Assembly: GCF_001194135.2 (NCBI RefSeq) | Contig: NC_068990.1 | Span: 68,763,066-68,827,065, forward strand | Reading direction: 5' to 3' | DNA length: 64,000 bases | Source: Octopus bimaculoides | Lineage: Eukaryota | Part shown: in pieces, positions 27,263-41,259 of the stretch | How the letters are laid out: every line of letters begins with the position of its first letter | Numbering within the stretch: the stretch's first letter is position 1 | Notes under the pieces: model-generated | Databases searched by the model: none | Seen by the model: only the letters and a program-made list of their open reading frames with translations | What the model was told of the DNA's origin: nothing | Position numbers and translations under genes: made by a program

Positions 27263-27643
27263 ATATATATCATGGATGGTAACAGACGTCTGCATGTATG
27301 TATGAACTGTATGTCGCTGTAACATTACAGCTACGAAGCCTTTTTGCGTTTGATAGATGATGTCAAACAGCTATCATCACTGCATACAGAAAGAATTCAC
27401 GTTTTAACTATGACATGTGATGTGGGGGGGGGGNNNNNNNNNNGAATTCACGTTTTAACTATGACATGTGATGTGGGGGGGGGGTCTCAGAGAGAGAGAG
27501 AGAGAGAGAAAAGAATGAGAGAGGGAGGGAGAGAAAGAAAGAAAGAAACGGTGGGAGATGGGAAGACGAAAAGAGATATATAGATGTAGACAGATGGCTG
27601 GATATACTGAGATAGAGGGACGGAAAGATGGAGACAGACAAAC

Positions 27644-27678
<35 letters not shown>

Positions 27679-28949
27679 AGGGAGGGAGAGAAAGACTCTG
27701 GCAGAGAGACTGAGAGAGAGAGAGAGAGGGAGTGAATCATTATAACAGACATAGGTATACTGAAGAAATGGAAAAAGCCAACTTTAACACAATGTTGTGA
27801 ACGTGTATGTCTGTGTGTACATGGATGCGCGCGCGCGTGTGTGTGTATGTACGTGCGTATGTGTGTGTACATGTGTGCGTGGGCCTGTGCACCACTGTTT
27901 TTGCCTGTGAACGTGTGTACGGGCGTTTGTGTATATATATGTATGCGTGTGTCTTCTTGTATTGCTTCAGTGAGAACGTATCACATTAGTTCTGCAGTTC
28001 TCCCATTCCACTGTGAATTGCCAAATATCTTCTTTTATTTTATTTATTTTTTTTTCTATTCTCATTTAGTATTTTTTTTTAATATTTTATTTTCAGCTGC
28101 CTCACTTTAGCAAGTGAATCGAGCAAAAGAGTCTTCTTAAGAAATTGGATACCAAAATTCTTGTGAAATGTAACTTACGTAAAATTTTAGAGAGCATCTC
28201 AGAAGTTGGTTGAGAATTGCTGGTCACAGTGTGACTCTGATAGAGAAAGAAGATGCGGGAGAAGAGGAGGAGGAGGAGGAGGAGGAGAGAATAAAGGAAA
28301 CGTTTACAGTTGGGTGAGCAATGAAGGGAGAAGGCGTAGAGANNNNNNNNNNNNNNNNNNNNNNNNNNNNNNNNNNNNNNNNNNNNNNNNNNNNNNNNNN
28401 NNNNNNNNNNNNNNNNNNNNNNNNNNNNNNNNNNNNNNNNNNNNNNNNNNNNNNNNNNNNNNNNNNNNNNNNNNNNNNNNNNNNNNNNNNNNNNNNNNNN
28501 NNNNNNNNNNNNNNNNNNNNNNNNNNNNNNNNNNNNNNNNNNNNNNNNNNNNNNNNNNNNNNNNNNNNNNNNNNNNNNNNNNNNNNNNNNNNNNNNNNNN
28601 NNNNNNNNNNNNNNNNNNNNNNNNNNNNNNNNNNNNNNNNNNNNNNNNNNNNNNNNNNNACTTTTCATGTAACCTATTTTCTTTCATAGTTACTTTGCGT
28701 AGATCAATCTATGTGAGAGCAATGTTTTAATATACACATATATACGTGTAGAGATAAACCATACATGTACATACATACATACACATCCTTATCTATATAT
28801 AAATATATACATGCCATATATATATATATATATATACATACATATATACATAGCTACATATATAGACATGCTTATATATTTATACAGTGATGGCCTTTTG
28901 TGTTTTTATTAGGAGCGGGTAAAGCGACTTATCGCCATTCCTGTATGTA

Positions 28950-28982
<33 letters not shown>

Positions 28983-28983
<1 letters not shown>

Positions 28984-29388
28984 CAGGCGTGGGTATGTGG
29001 TAAGAAGCTTGCATCTCAACCACATGGTTCCGGGTTCAGTCCCACTGTGTGGCACCTTGGGCAAGTACCTTGTACTATAAGTCTCGGGCCGACCGAAGCC
29101 CTGTGAGTGGATTTGGTAGACGGAAACTGAAAAAAAACAGTGGTATATGTATATATATATGTTTTTCTTTTGTTTGCCAGTGCTTGTTCCCACCCACCAT
29201 CGCTTCACAACCGATGCTGGTTTGCTTATCTCCCTGTAACTTAAGAGTTCGGCAAAAGAGACCAATAGAATAAGTACCAGGCTTACAAGGAAGAAGCCCT
29301 GAGGTCGATTTGTTCGACTAAAGGCGGTGCTCCAGCATGACCGCAGTCAAATGACTGAAAGAAGTAAAATAGCAAAACAATAAAAGAA
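28983..29388 (+). mobile_element. SINE family B full-length copy
   Basis: Head gcaggcgtgggtatgtggtaagaagc, box B gggttcagtccc, accttgggcaagt (CORE-like motif), an internal TA-rich tract and the 3' module. Confidence 0.92.
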
Positions 29389-30663
29389 TATATGTGTATA
29401 TATTTATGTACAAATTTATGTACGCATAAATATATANNNNNNNNNNATATGCATGTATGTGCATGCACGCAAAGTGTGGGGAGAGCTAAGTATGGCAGAG
29501 ATGTCATTGCCATGCTATTCGTATACTCCAGATTTTGTAGAGTTAAAATGACTGACCGTTCATATAAACAACTGTAATCTTTTCTGATTATATGCTCATA
29601 CACTCACGGATACGCAAATATATATGCACACATGCATATCGACCAACTGATAGGTAGGCATGAATAATGCTAAATATAATTTTAGCTCTAACACAAATGT
29701 ATTTTTTTATATATTATGTGTATATATTGAGTTATTTTATTTGTGTATGTGTGTGTGTGTTTGCATTACACGTTACTTTCACACTTATGTTTCGGTTTTT
29801 ACTATATTTTTATCACACATTTTTCTGGGGAAGGGGGTTCTTTTTTTATTTTATTTATTTTTTTTTTCACTTCATTCGGTCATATAACTGTGCGAGCTGA
29901 AAACAAAATGTGCCAAAAAATATATGACGAACCAGAAAAGAAAAAGTAAGTACATGAAATACTTTTTCTCCCAATTTACCAAAATTCTCACCCCTATCAA
30001 AAAAAATAAAAAAGAAAAAGAAGACAAAATTGAAAAGAAAAGTAAAAAAGGTGGGTGCGTGAAAAAGAAAATTTGCAAAATATGTTCGTAAAAACAAAAT
30101 AGAAGAAAGAAATGGTTTTCGGTAGAATTTGATCAGGGTGACCTGTTTGTAAATATGTAAATGTTTGTAGTGATAACCAATTTAAAGAGTGCAATGTTTA
30201 TCACTGTGATAGCAGACTGGAATAGAACGTGGAAACACCAGAAACAAGAAAAGAGACACACACAGCATATATATATATATATATAAACATGCATACATAT
30301 ATAAGTACATACTTACACACACACACACATACACTCACACATATATATATATATATATTGGTATGCTTACAATTGTATCTGTAAATAAACAGATGCATTC
30401 ATGTGAGGATGTGGTATGTGTTTGTATGAGTTTGTGCATGCATGCGCTGTAACAGTGAGTGATAATTGACAGAAGGGCTGTTCTTTGAATATATATATNN
30501 NNNNNNNNNNNNNNNNNNNNNNNNNNNNNNNNNNNNNNNNNNNNNNNNNNNNNNNNNNNNNNNNNNNNNNNNNNNNNNNNNNNNNNNNNNNNNNNNNNNN
30601 NNNNNNNNNNNNNNNNNNNNNNNNNNNNNNNNNNNNNNNNNNNNNNNNNNNNNNNNNNNNNNN

Positions 30664-30694
<31 letters not shown>

Positions 30695-31151
30695 AAAACG
30701 GTGAAAGAGAGAAGAGAGGGAAAGAGAGTCATGCCAGAGAGACAGGGGGAGAGGAACAGATTGATGGAGTAAATGCAGGAACACATATGTAGTGATCCAG
30801 AGAAATTGAGCAGAACTAAACAGATGGACACCTATATATAAATACACACACACACTCTCACTCACTCACACACACACACATACATACATACATACATACA
30901 TACATACATACATACATACATACATACATACATGCATGCATACATATGAGTAACATTTTACACTGGTGCTACTCTGTGGTTCACGTTACCGCCTTTAGAT
31001 ACGACTGAAGTCTTGTTTAAACAAACTTTTAACAAGTGGCGTTGTAACAGTCGACAAAGTATTTGGTTTGATATGAGACTAAAAATAAAAGTGATGTAGC
31101 GCATAAGATGTAACACAAGAATGTAAACATGAACTGAATAAAGCTGGAGTA

Positions 31152-31360
31152 CTTTTTACCTTTAACTTGTTTCAGTAATTGGACTGCGACCATGCTGGGG
31201 CATCACCTTCAAGGATTTAGTCCAAAAGATCGACACCAGTACTTAATTTTTAACATGTGGTACTTATCCTATCATTCTCTTATCGCCAAACTGCTAAGTT
31301 ACGGGAACTTAAACAAACCAACGCCGTTTGTTAGGCAACGCAGGACCAACTACAGACACA
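31152..31360 (-). mobile_element. SINE family B 3' half
   Basis: gtttcagtaattggactgcgaccatgctggggcatcacc...ctgctaagttacgggaacttaaacaaacca. Confidence 0.8.
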
Positions 31361-31519
31361 AAAATAAACATACAAACACAGAGACACACACACACACACA
31401 GACACACACACACATACGAACTCACGGACACACGGACACACACACACACGCATATTGTGCTTTGCAATAGTTTTGTAACCTATATGTTATATTCGTCAAT
31501 TTACAACAAAAGCAAAAGT

Positions 31520-31945
31520 TCTTTGATCCCATCTGGTAACATTTCTTGTCCTTCAAGGTGAAGAATTCCTTTACTGAAGCCTCCATTTCCTCTTAGTTGA
31601 TAAATCATGGCAAACGCAAAAAGATCGGAAATAGGTCCTGACTATTTGAAGGGCATGGCATCAATTCGATTCTTTTAAGTCCCTGGAGTTTATTCCGAGT
31701 CGCTCAAGTGGTATGAGTCGTCTTGCTGCAGGTATTTTGCCGCATAGTGGCTTCTATCCGCTCCAGGTGTTTGGCGTATAAGTTGGCATTGAGTGCTTGA
31801 CCAACCAGAACTATCTCGTAAAGAATTATCTCTTCATAATTCCATGGGATGCAGAGCATCACTTTGTGTTCAAAACGCCCCAGTTTGGCGACAGGTGCTG
31901 GAAGTTGTCCCTTGCTTAATTACTCCTTATGCACGTTAGGATTGC
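31520..31945 (-). pseudogene. Mariner transposase fragment (catalytic domain)
   Basis: The reverse complement reads NPNVHKE*LSKGQLPAPVAKLGRFEHKVMLCIPWNYEEIILYE...QALNANLY..., LQQDD (shifted frame), and FIN*EEMEASVKEFF. Confidence 0.85.
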
Positions 31946-31979
31946 AAAAAAAAGCAATATATATATATATATATATATA

Positions 31980-32170
31980 TCGGATCATTGATTGTTCCAA
32001 TCTATGGGCAACTTCCTGTGCTCGCGACGCTTCATCAACCAATAAGAGTTGGAAGCTTTTGCGAATGAGTTCTTTGCCTCGAAGAAAGAGCATTGGTATC
32101 AGCATGCGATCAAAGAACTGGCACAATGGTAAATTCAGACAGTGCAACACGATGGCATCTGCTTTGAATG
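31980..32170 (+). pseudogene. Mariner transposase C-terminal fragment
   Basis: SDH*LFQSMGNFLCSRRFINQ*ELEAFANEFFASKKEHWYQHAIKELAQW*IQTVQHDGICFE (SDYHLFRSM third-D region). Confidence 0.85.
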
Positions 32171-32223
32171 CCACGTTGCTTCTGTTGTAACTTGACGAAT
32201 AAAGCAAATAAGATACGAAAATA

Positions 32224-32651
32224 TTCTATTCTATTCTAGGCACAAGGCCCGAAATTTTGGGGGAGGGGCCCAGTCGATTAGAACGACCACAGTACGCAAC
32301 TCGTGCTTAATTTATCGACCTCGAAAGGATGAAAGGCAAAGTCGATCTCGGTGGAATTTGAACTCAGAACGTAGCGGCATACGAACTACCGCTAAGCATT
32401 TTCACCCGGCCTGCTAACGTTTCTTATTTCTTTATTGCCAACAAGGGGCTAAACATAGAGGGAACAAACAAAGACAGACAAAGGGATTAAGTCAATTACA
32501 TTGAACCCAGTGCGTAACTGGTACTTAATTTATCGACCCCGAAAGGATGAAAGGCAAAGTCGACCTCGGCGGAATTTGAACTCAGAACGTAAAGGCAGAC
32601 GAAATACCGCTAAGCATTTCGCCGGCGTGCTAACGATTCTGCCAGCTCGCC
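32224..32651 (-). mobile_element. SINE family A dimer (B-type-tail monomer + A-type-tail monomer)
   Basis: Two family A cores. The junction on + reads gctaacgtttcttatttctttattg (32413-32437). Confidence 0.92.
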
Positions 32652-33309
32652 AACTTAAGATACGAAAATGTTGCAAAACTCAATACAACATATACATGAT
32701 GGACTTTCACAGAGTTTCTGCCTACCGAATAACCAAATAAACAAATGAAATATTATAACTGGAAAGAAATTAATGGAGAAGCCGTTGCCATTTTGTGTGA
32801 ATCATGTTTGTTAACGCACAGAACAGAGTTTGAGAAGTTTCACTAAGACAAAATATTAACTTCTGGTGCCGTTCCATGTTTTTGTAGGCCATTGTTATTT
32901 TTTAATGTTCTGTTGTTTCATTGAAGAAATATAGAGAAACATAGACAGAGAAATCTGAGAATGAATGAAAGTAAGAAGTATAGAAGGAAAGAAACGAGTG
33001 AAAGGTGGACCGTTAGGCCGATTTACAATAATAATGAATGAAATGAAATAGGAAGCTATATATTGTGATGATGGCTGATCAAGACAACGACAGGCATGAA
33101 GATAACGAGAACAGTGTTGAAAAGGACAAGGACGTCACCTTGTTCAGAATGTCACCGACGGAGAAAATATGAAATGATGAAGAAATGAGTTAAAGAAAAT
33201 GCCAAGATTAAGAAGAAGAGAGATATGGGGAGTTGTTGTCTATGTCAAGGTCACGGATAGAGAATAAGTAACCAGGTGATAGTGATGTTGTCATTGGGGT
33301 TATTGTTAC

Positions 33310-34109
33310 TGTTGTTGTAAGTGGTGGTGGTGGTGGTGGTGGTGGTGGTGGTGGTGGTAGTTGTAGCTGTGGCTGTGTAAATGGTAGTAGTGGCAGCAGC
33401 AATGCAGGCGGTAGTTATTGATGAGGGGTGGTAGTTATTGAGTGGGGATGTTGGTGATGGTCATGATAATGAGGCTGGTGATGTTTGGCGAGGGTAGTGA
33501 TGATGATGATGATGATGATGATGATGGCAGTANNNNNNNNNNNNNNNNNNNNNNNNNNNNNNNNNNNNNNNNNNNNNNNNNNNNNNNNNNNNNNNNNNNN
33601 NNNNNNNNNNNNNNNNNNNNNNNNNNNNNNNNNNNNNNNNNNNNNNNNNNNNNNNNNNNNNNNNNNNNNNNNNNNNNNNNNNNNNNNNNNNNNNNNNNNN
33701 NNNNNNNNNNNNNNNNNNNNNNNNGGTGATGGTGGTGGTGCTGGTGGCAGTGGCAGTGGCAGTAGTGTTGATGGTGATGGTAATGGTGGCGGCGGTGGCG
33801 GCTATGGTGGTTGTTGTGCAGGTAATGGGTAGTGAATGGGACGGTCAAAGTGGTTGCATAGTTACAGTGTAGTTGTGGTGGTGATCCTGTTGTTAATGTT
33901 GATGATGATGATGATGATGATGATGATAGTAGTGGATGTATTGTTTGTAGTGTCGATAGTAGTGCCGGTGGTAAAGGATGGTGGCAACACAGCGGTGGTG
34001 GTGGTGGTGGTGGGGATAACGAGAATTCCTTGTTCAAATACTTGCTTAGTCTTCTTGTTCATTAGTTGTATTAATGAAGCTTTAGCACAACGAACAGAAA
34101 TAATAGATG

Positions 34110-34149
<40 letters not shown>

Positions 34150-34150
34150 A
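33310..34150. repeat. Compound trinucleotide low-complexity tract (GGT, GAT, CAA) spanning a gap
   Basis: Directly visible. Confidence 0.9.
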
Positions 34151-34366
34151 AATAGTAAAACAAAATGGAGCAAAACGTACTAAAACAAAGAAAAAAAAAA
34201 GACGGACATGAAAAAGAGAAAAGTGAAAACAACAAACAGAATCAAGAATCTCACTTCTAATCAAAAGACTTATTGCAGCAAGTAGTTTGCTTAGAGATCG
34301 AAGAGCGGTATCAAGTATACAGACATATGTACACTCAAGCACACACGTACACACACACATACACGC

Positions 34367-34412
<46 letters not shown>

Positions 34413-34429
34413 GTGTATATATATGTATA

Positions 34430-34468
<39 letters not shown>

Positions 34469-35636
34469 TCATATATATTTATGTGTATATATACGCACAC
34501 CTACACTTACTCGTATATTTAAGAGGGGCACAAAGTCGTACACATTTTCATGTAGTGGTAGCGGTCTGTAGGTTTTTTATTTTTACTTCTCCTTTCTTTA
34601 ACTTTGTATTTATTTATTTTTTTCGTTTCCTTTTTTTTTTTTCTTGGAATGGTTCCAATAATGAAGATTTCCGAAGCAGCATTATGGAGAAAGTATTGGA
34701 CAAATGCCAATATTAAATATTTCCACACCATAATGTAGAGAATCTTGAGCATGTGGAATTGATTCCTCTTAGCATTAATAAAACTAGTAAGTTAAAGATT
34801 TTTCTTTAGAATCTTCGACTGACACTCACAGACAATTGATTTCTCTTCAGAGAACTGTTACCATTCAAAGCTCTTCCTCCCAACAACAATCGTCATTAGC
34901 TCCTTGATTCGAATACTCATATTTATATACCTAATCATATCAGCGTAGAATTTCATTGTTAGAAGCCGACAAATTTGTCGATAAAATTAAATTATCATTT
35001 TATAATTAAAGCCGTATTAATTGTCTGTGTTCCTACGTGTGTGCCTGTGTGTGTCTCTGTTTAAGGGGGCGGAGGCGTTGTATGTGAGTTTCATGTATGT
35101 CTTCCCGTTTTTCTGTAAAGTTTAAGATAACATCTCTTCAGCTGTAAGATGCCTAAGCAAAAGTAAGAAACAACAATATGGCAAAAGAGGAGGTGGTCAA
35201 CGTACTTTCAGAGTATCTAAAATACACAGAGTTGGCAAATGCCAACTAAGCATTCAAACCACTTTAGTATAGTACATTGGTCTACTTATTCTTATACTTC
35301 CAGCAATACTTTCACGCTATTATGCACTTCCAAAACGTATCAGTCTGAAAAGGCAAAAGGACATTCTGCATACGGAAATCTTTACACAAACAAACACGCA
35401 CACAGATATATATATATATATATATACATGCATACACACGCACACACACACGCATACGCAAACACGCACACACACACACACACACACAAACACANNNNNN
35501 NNNNNNNNNNNNNNNNNNNNNNNNNNNNNNNNNNNNNNNNNNNNNNNNNNNNNNNNNNNNNNNNNNNNNNNNNNNNNNNNNNNNNNNNNNNNNNNNNNNN
35601 NNNNNNNNNNNNNNNNNNNNNNNNNNNNNNNNNNNN

Positions 35637-35665
<29 letters not shown>

Positions 35666-35668
<3 letters not shown>

Positions 35669-36526
35669 CATGCGATGGGTAAATTACAGCCATTTTATAT
35701 CTTTAGTCTCGCGCTAGTGCATGTCTGTTATCGTAGGGTCAGTTGAGCACCGTCTGTGGTAAAAATAGCACCATGACGCAATTCACATTGACAGAAATTT
35801 AGAAACGACATGTTGTACTGCTTAGCATTCGCGCCGGGACCTCCAATACGAACATATAGTGAACACATAGAACAACCGTTAGCTTGTCGTGTCCACAAAA
35901 CATTTACCGAGAGTGATAAAAATCAAACATCCAGTCAACATCATGGCGTTTGCAATGATCACTAGTGATGACGACGTTATGCTTCCATGGATCTCCCCAC
36001 ACGGTCTCAGACTCAACACGGAGGCCTACATCAAGTACACTGAGGAGGTAGTGCTGCCATGGGTCAAGAGGGTGGCTGCTGGAAGACCCTATGTCTGGCA
36101 AAAGGACTATGTACCATACCACACAAGCAGAAGAACCCAGTCGTGGCTGTCAGATAATTTCTGCGACTACATCACCCCTAACATCTGGCCACCTAACTCC
36201 CCAGACTGCAATCCCTTGATTATATGTGGGGCTCATTTGGGTGAGAGACCAACAAAACTCCCTGTAACACCTAAGATGAACTGAAGGCAAGGATTATGGC
36301 AGCATTCACTAAGTTAAATAAATAGACCGTCCAGAAGAGTTGCAGGAGATTTCGAAGTTTTCTGGCAGCTGTAGTTGTAGCCAATGGCGATTTTACTGAA
36401 TAAATTTACTCTTTAGTATTTCAAGATATTTTTATGTAATTTTGGTAAATATATCTCTGAAAATGAGATGTCAATGTTATTTTCATGTTTGCATAATTTA
36501 GACGACAGTTTACTCACTGCAACTTG
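35666..36526 (+). mobile_element. Internally deleted Tc1/mariner-superfamily (maT/DD37D-like) transposon
   Basis: N-terminal MTQFTLTEI*KRHVVLLSIRAG (from 35773) is joined to the catalytic part HPVNIMAFAMITSD...YVWQKDYVPYHTSRRTQSWL...WPPNSPDCNPL. Degenerate TIRs cagcatgcgatgggtaaatt / (rc) caagttgcagtgagtaaact, each flanked by TA. Confidence 0.85.
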
Positions 36527-36676
36527 TATATAAGTGCAGAAGACACTGTTGGTATTTTTGTTTTACTATACACGAGTTTCAATGAGTTGACAACCCATTT
36601 CCACGGTATTTCGGCAATACATGTGTGTGTATGTGCACTTCTATATATCTGTGCGTGTGTATATCTATCTATCTTT

Positions 36677-36736
<60 letters not shown>

Positions 36737-36752
36737 ACATACATACATACAT

Positions 36753-36827
<75 letters not shown>

Positions 36828-37404
36828 AATATGTATATATATATATATATACATATATACACATACATTTATTTACATACTTAAAGTGCTATTATAAACA
36901 ATGTACTATTAAAAATAACGGGAACATTAGTCTCACGAGAGTGAGTATAATTTATAATGCATACAATGTTTTCATGGAGGCTGGTACTAACAATTGGAGA
37001 TATTCGTCAATTGGAGATATTCTTTGAGCACATAAAATTGATTCCCCTTGGCGTAAGTAAGACGGATCTGTCTCGTTACAAGTGAGAACTAATGTTAAGA
37101 TGCAATCCAGTACCATCTGTTATATCATTGGATCGTTGGTGACTGAAACTTTTGGTAAGCTTGGTGAGGAGTTTTACTTTCAACATGACGTGACAACAGG
37201 ACAGGGTCAACAAATAACTAGCATTGGTGCTCATTTGTTTACATACATGCATAAATGCATGCATACATACATATATATACACACACACGTTTATATATAT
37301 ATACTTATACATATATACGCACATATATATGCATATTTATAAATACATATATACAGACATGTATATAACATGTATATATATATGTATATATATGTATATA
37401 TATA

Positions 37405-37682
37405 CATATATCACGTGATCACGTAACCTATCAGGCTATGAAATGTTGTTACACATCGCTGGTCACACAGTGCGCATTTGAATTGTTGTAGACTTGAAAT
37501 GACTCCTACCCGCTGGCTAGGCGAGCAGGCTAACATTCGCCCCTGATCAAACGGGTGGACTGGAACGGTGCGAAACGAAGTGTTTTGCTCAAGAACACAA
37601 CGCACCGCCCACTCAGGGATCGAACACACGATCGAGCGATCGTTAGTGCAATTGCCTAACCACTAGGCCACTCACCTTCACA
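37405..37682 (-). mobile_element. SINE family C copy (tail type 3)
   Basis: cctaaccactaggccactcaccttcac head and gtgttttgctcaagaacacaacgc core. The tail cacgtgatcacgtaacctatcaggc... differs from the other C copies. Confidence 0.8.
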
Positions 37683-38115
37683 TATATACATAAATACAGG
37701 GTTAAAATGCACGCGAGTAGCACACATATACATATATGTGTGTGTGCGTGTATTCATGTGTATGTGTGTGCGTTTGCATACATTAATAAATGCACAGATA
37801 GATATACGTACAACATCTTAAATGCCCGAATAGTACATTCATGCAATCTGGAAAAACTACATTTTTAGAAGAAACATCAATCAGGTAACACGGCTATTTC
37901 AAATACAATCTGTAAGCGGAACAGTAAAAATATGCAAGACTTTTCTCAAGTACAGAATGTGAATCTGCTTTTACTATCAAAATTTCAATCCAGTTACTCC
38001 CTTACAGAAAAACCTTCAGATTATGAAAAACATAACAGAACTTACATACATGCAAGGTGGGCTTTTTCGAAATCCTGTGTATGCACGTATATGTGTGTGT
38101 ACGAAATGCCGATAT

Positions 38116-38557
38116 AGGCATGGCTTTGTGGTGAGGAGCTTGCTTCCCAACAACATGGTTCTGGGTTCAGTCCCACTGCGTGGCATCTTGGGCATGTTTC
38201 TTCTACTATAACCTCCGGCCGACCACAGACATGTGAGTGGATTTGGTAGACGGAAACTGAAAGAAGCCAGTCGTGTATATGTATATATATATATATATAT
38301 ATGTATGTACATATGTGTATATTAATGCGTGTGTGTCTTTGAGTTTGGCGTTGCTCTCTCCCTCACCATCGCTCGAAAACCGATGCTGGCATGTTTACGT
38401 CCCCGTAACTTAGCAGTTCGGCCTCAGCGACCGATAGAATAAGCACTGAGCTTTAAAAATAAGTCCATAGGTCGATTTCTTCGATTAAAACCCTTTAAGG
38501 TGGTGCTTCAGCATGGTCATAGTCAAATGACTGAACCTAGCTAAAGAATAAAAGAAT
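38116..38557 (+). mobile_element. SINE family B full-length copy
   Basis: Collinear with 28983-29388, with an internal (TA)n/(TG)n tract after aagaagccagtcg. Confidence 0.92.
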
Positions 38558-39560
38558 ATGTACATATTGTTCTATTCAAATATGTTTCTTCTCCACTCAA
38601 ATATTTTCTGAAACGTTTACGTTTTATCCACCACAAAGATTAAGAGGCAGCCATATTACATGAAGTTCAAATAATTGTATACTTATTTTCCAAATAATGA
38701 TTCCGGTAAATCCTCGTCTTTGACTATTGCCCTCTTTTACCTTTTACCTGTTTCTTTTTTTCTTCTTTTGATGAGGAAGAGGATTTTTTATAAGAATTCT
38801 CAGGTGCGTAGTTGCAAGAGTTGCCAAATACCTTCTTATATAAATATTGATCGATACATATGTATATATAATATACATATGCACGTGTGTCCTTGTGTGT
38901 GTGTGTGCACGTGCGTGCATATGTCTGTATGTGCATGCATGTGTCTTTGCATATGTCTGTATTTATGTCTGTATATGTTTGTGTGTGTGCGTGTTTACAG
39001 ATTGTGCATGTATGTTGTAAATATTAGTAAAATATATGTGCATTCGCCTGTAAAATGTATGTACTCATATTTTGTAAATCACAATCTCAAAATGAAATAT
39101 AAAAAGAAGGAAAAGAAAGGAATACAAATGCTGAAGAATTCCAAGAAAATGAAATGAAAATTAACATTTTCAGAATAGTTCCCAAGATATGTTCTGGCTT
39201 TAACAATAACTGACTTAAAATCGATACAGAACTGATTGAAAAAAAAAATGGAAACGAAAGTAACGGAAAGAAACAAACAAACAAAGACAGAAAGAAAAAA
39301 GACAGAAAGAAAGAAAGGAAGAAAGAAAGAAAGAAAGAAAGAAAAGGAAGAGAGAAAGAAAGAAAAGAGAGAAGAAAGGAGCAGAGAGAGCGAGAAAGAG
39401 CAACAGTGGATGAAAATAATGTCCTTTTTTATGTTGCATTCTGCTGCTAGAATTTCATTGTATGGGTATATAATTGGCATTCTATCTTGCCTGAAGCTAC
39501 ATGTTACATATATCAAACGTGCATGCATTTATTCTGTATATCAGTCTATACATACATCTA

Positions 39561-39632
<72 letters not shown>

Positions 39633-40581
39633 NNNNNNNNNNNNNNNNNNNNNNNNNNNNNNNNNNNNNNNNNNNNNNNNNNNNNNNNNNNNNNNNNNNN
39701 NNNNNNNNNNNNNNNNNNNNNNNNNNNNNNNNNNNNNNNNNNNNNNNNNNNNNNNNNNNNNNNNNNNNNNNNNNNNNNNNNNNNNNNNNNNNNNNNNNNN
39801 NNNNNNNNNNNNNNNNNNNNNNNNNNNNNNNNNNNNNNNNNNNNNNNNNNNNNNNNNNNNNNNNNNNNNNNNNNNNNNNNNNNNNNNNNNNNNNNNNNNN
39901 NNNNNNNNNNNNNNNNNNNNNNNNNNNNNNNNNNNNNNNNNNNNNNNNNNNNNNNNNNNNNNNNNNNNNNNNNNNNNNNNNNNNNNNNNNNNNNNNNNNN
40001 NNNNNNNNNNNNNNNNNNNNNNNNNNNNNNNNNNNNNNNNNNNNNNNNNNNNNNNNNNNNNNNNNNNNNNNNNNNNNNNNNNNNNNNNNNNNNNNNNNNN
40101 NNNNNNNNNNNNNNNNNNNNNNNNNNNNNNNNNNNNNNNNNNNNNNNNNNNNNNNNNNNNNNNNNNNNNNNNNNNNNNNNNNNNNNNNNNNNNNNNNNNN
40201 NNNNNNNNNNNNNNNNNNNNNNNNNNNNNNNNNNNNNNNNNNNNNNNNNNNNNNNNNNNNNNNNNNNNNNNNNNNNNNNNNNNNNNNNNNNNNNNNNNNN
40301 NNNNNNNNNNNNNNNNNNNNNNNNNNNNNNNNNNNNNNNNNNNNNNNNNNNNNNNNNNNNNNNNNNNNNNNNNNNNNNNNNNNNNNNNNNNNNNNNNNNN
40401 NNNNNNNNNNNNNNNNNNNNNNNNNNNNNNNNNNNNNNNNNNNNNNNNNNNNNNNNNNNNNNNNNNNNNNNNNNNNNNNNNNNNNNNNNNNNNNNNNNNN
40501 NNNNNNNNNNNNNNNNNNNNNNNNNNNNNNNNNNNNNNNNNNNNNNNNNNNNNNNNNNNNNNNNNNNNNNNNNNNNNNNNN

Positions 40582-40965
40582 GTATTTCGTCTGCCATTAC
40601 GTTCTGAGTTCAAATTCCGCCGAGGTCGACTTTGCCTTTCATTCTTTCGGGGTCGATAAATTAAGTACCAGTTATGCACTGGGGTCGATGTAATCGACTT
40701 AATCCATTTGTCTGTCCTTGTTTGTCCCCTCTGTGTGTAGCCCCTTGTGGGCAATAAAGAAATAAGAAACGTTGGCACACAGGGCGAAATGCTTAGCGGT
40801 ATTTCGTCTGTCTTTACGTTCTGAGTTCAAATTCCGCCGAGGTCGGCTTTGCTTTTCATCCTTTCGAGGTCGATAAATTAAGCACCAGTTGCGTACTGGG
40901 GGCGTTCTAATCGACTAGCCTCCACTCCAAAAATTTCGGGCCTTGTGTCTAGAGTAGAAAATAAT
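40582..40965 (+). mobile_element. SINE family A dimer (first head truncated by the gap)
   Basis: Two family A cores, with junction caataaagaaataagaaacgttggcac (40752-40778). Same architecture as 32224-32651. Confidence 0.92.
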
Positions 40966-41259
40966 ATTGAGACGAACGATGCATATTTTTGCATTAAAAA
41001 ATTAGTACCATACAGACGTACTTATTGAGAAGAGACTAGATTGGCTAAAGAGAGAAAGAAGACGGCAGAAATGAAACAGAGAGGGATAAAAAATGAAAGT
41101 AATTAGAATGAAAATATAGAACAAAGGGTGCAAAGGTGAAATGAATGGATATAAAGACATGTTTAAGATATAGAAGTCAAAGCAAATACATTCATTAAAA
41201 AAGTGTAAGAGGAAAAGAAACATCGAAGAAAATAATGGTAAAATTATAATTAACAATAG

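Noticed and set aside
27394-27483. Exact 40-bp direct repeat gaattcacgttttaactatgacatgtgatgtggggggggg
   Set aside because: The two copies flank a short N gap, a typical contig-overlap artefact.
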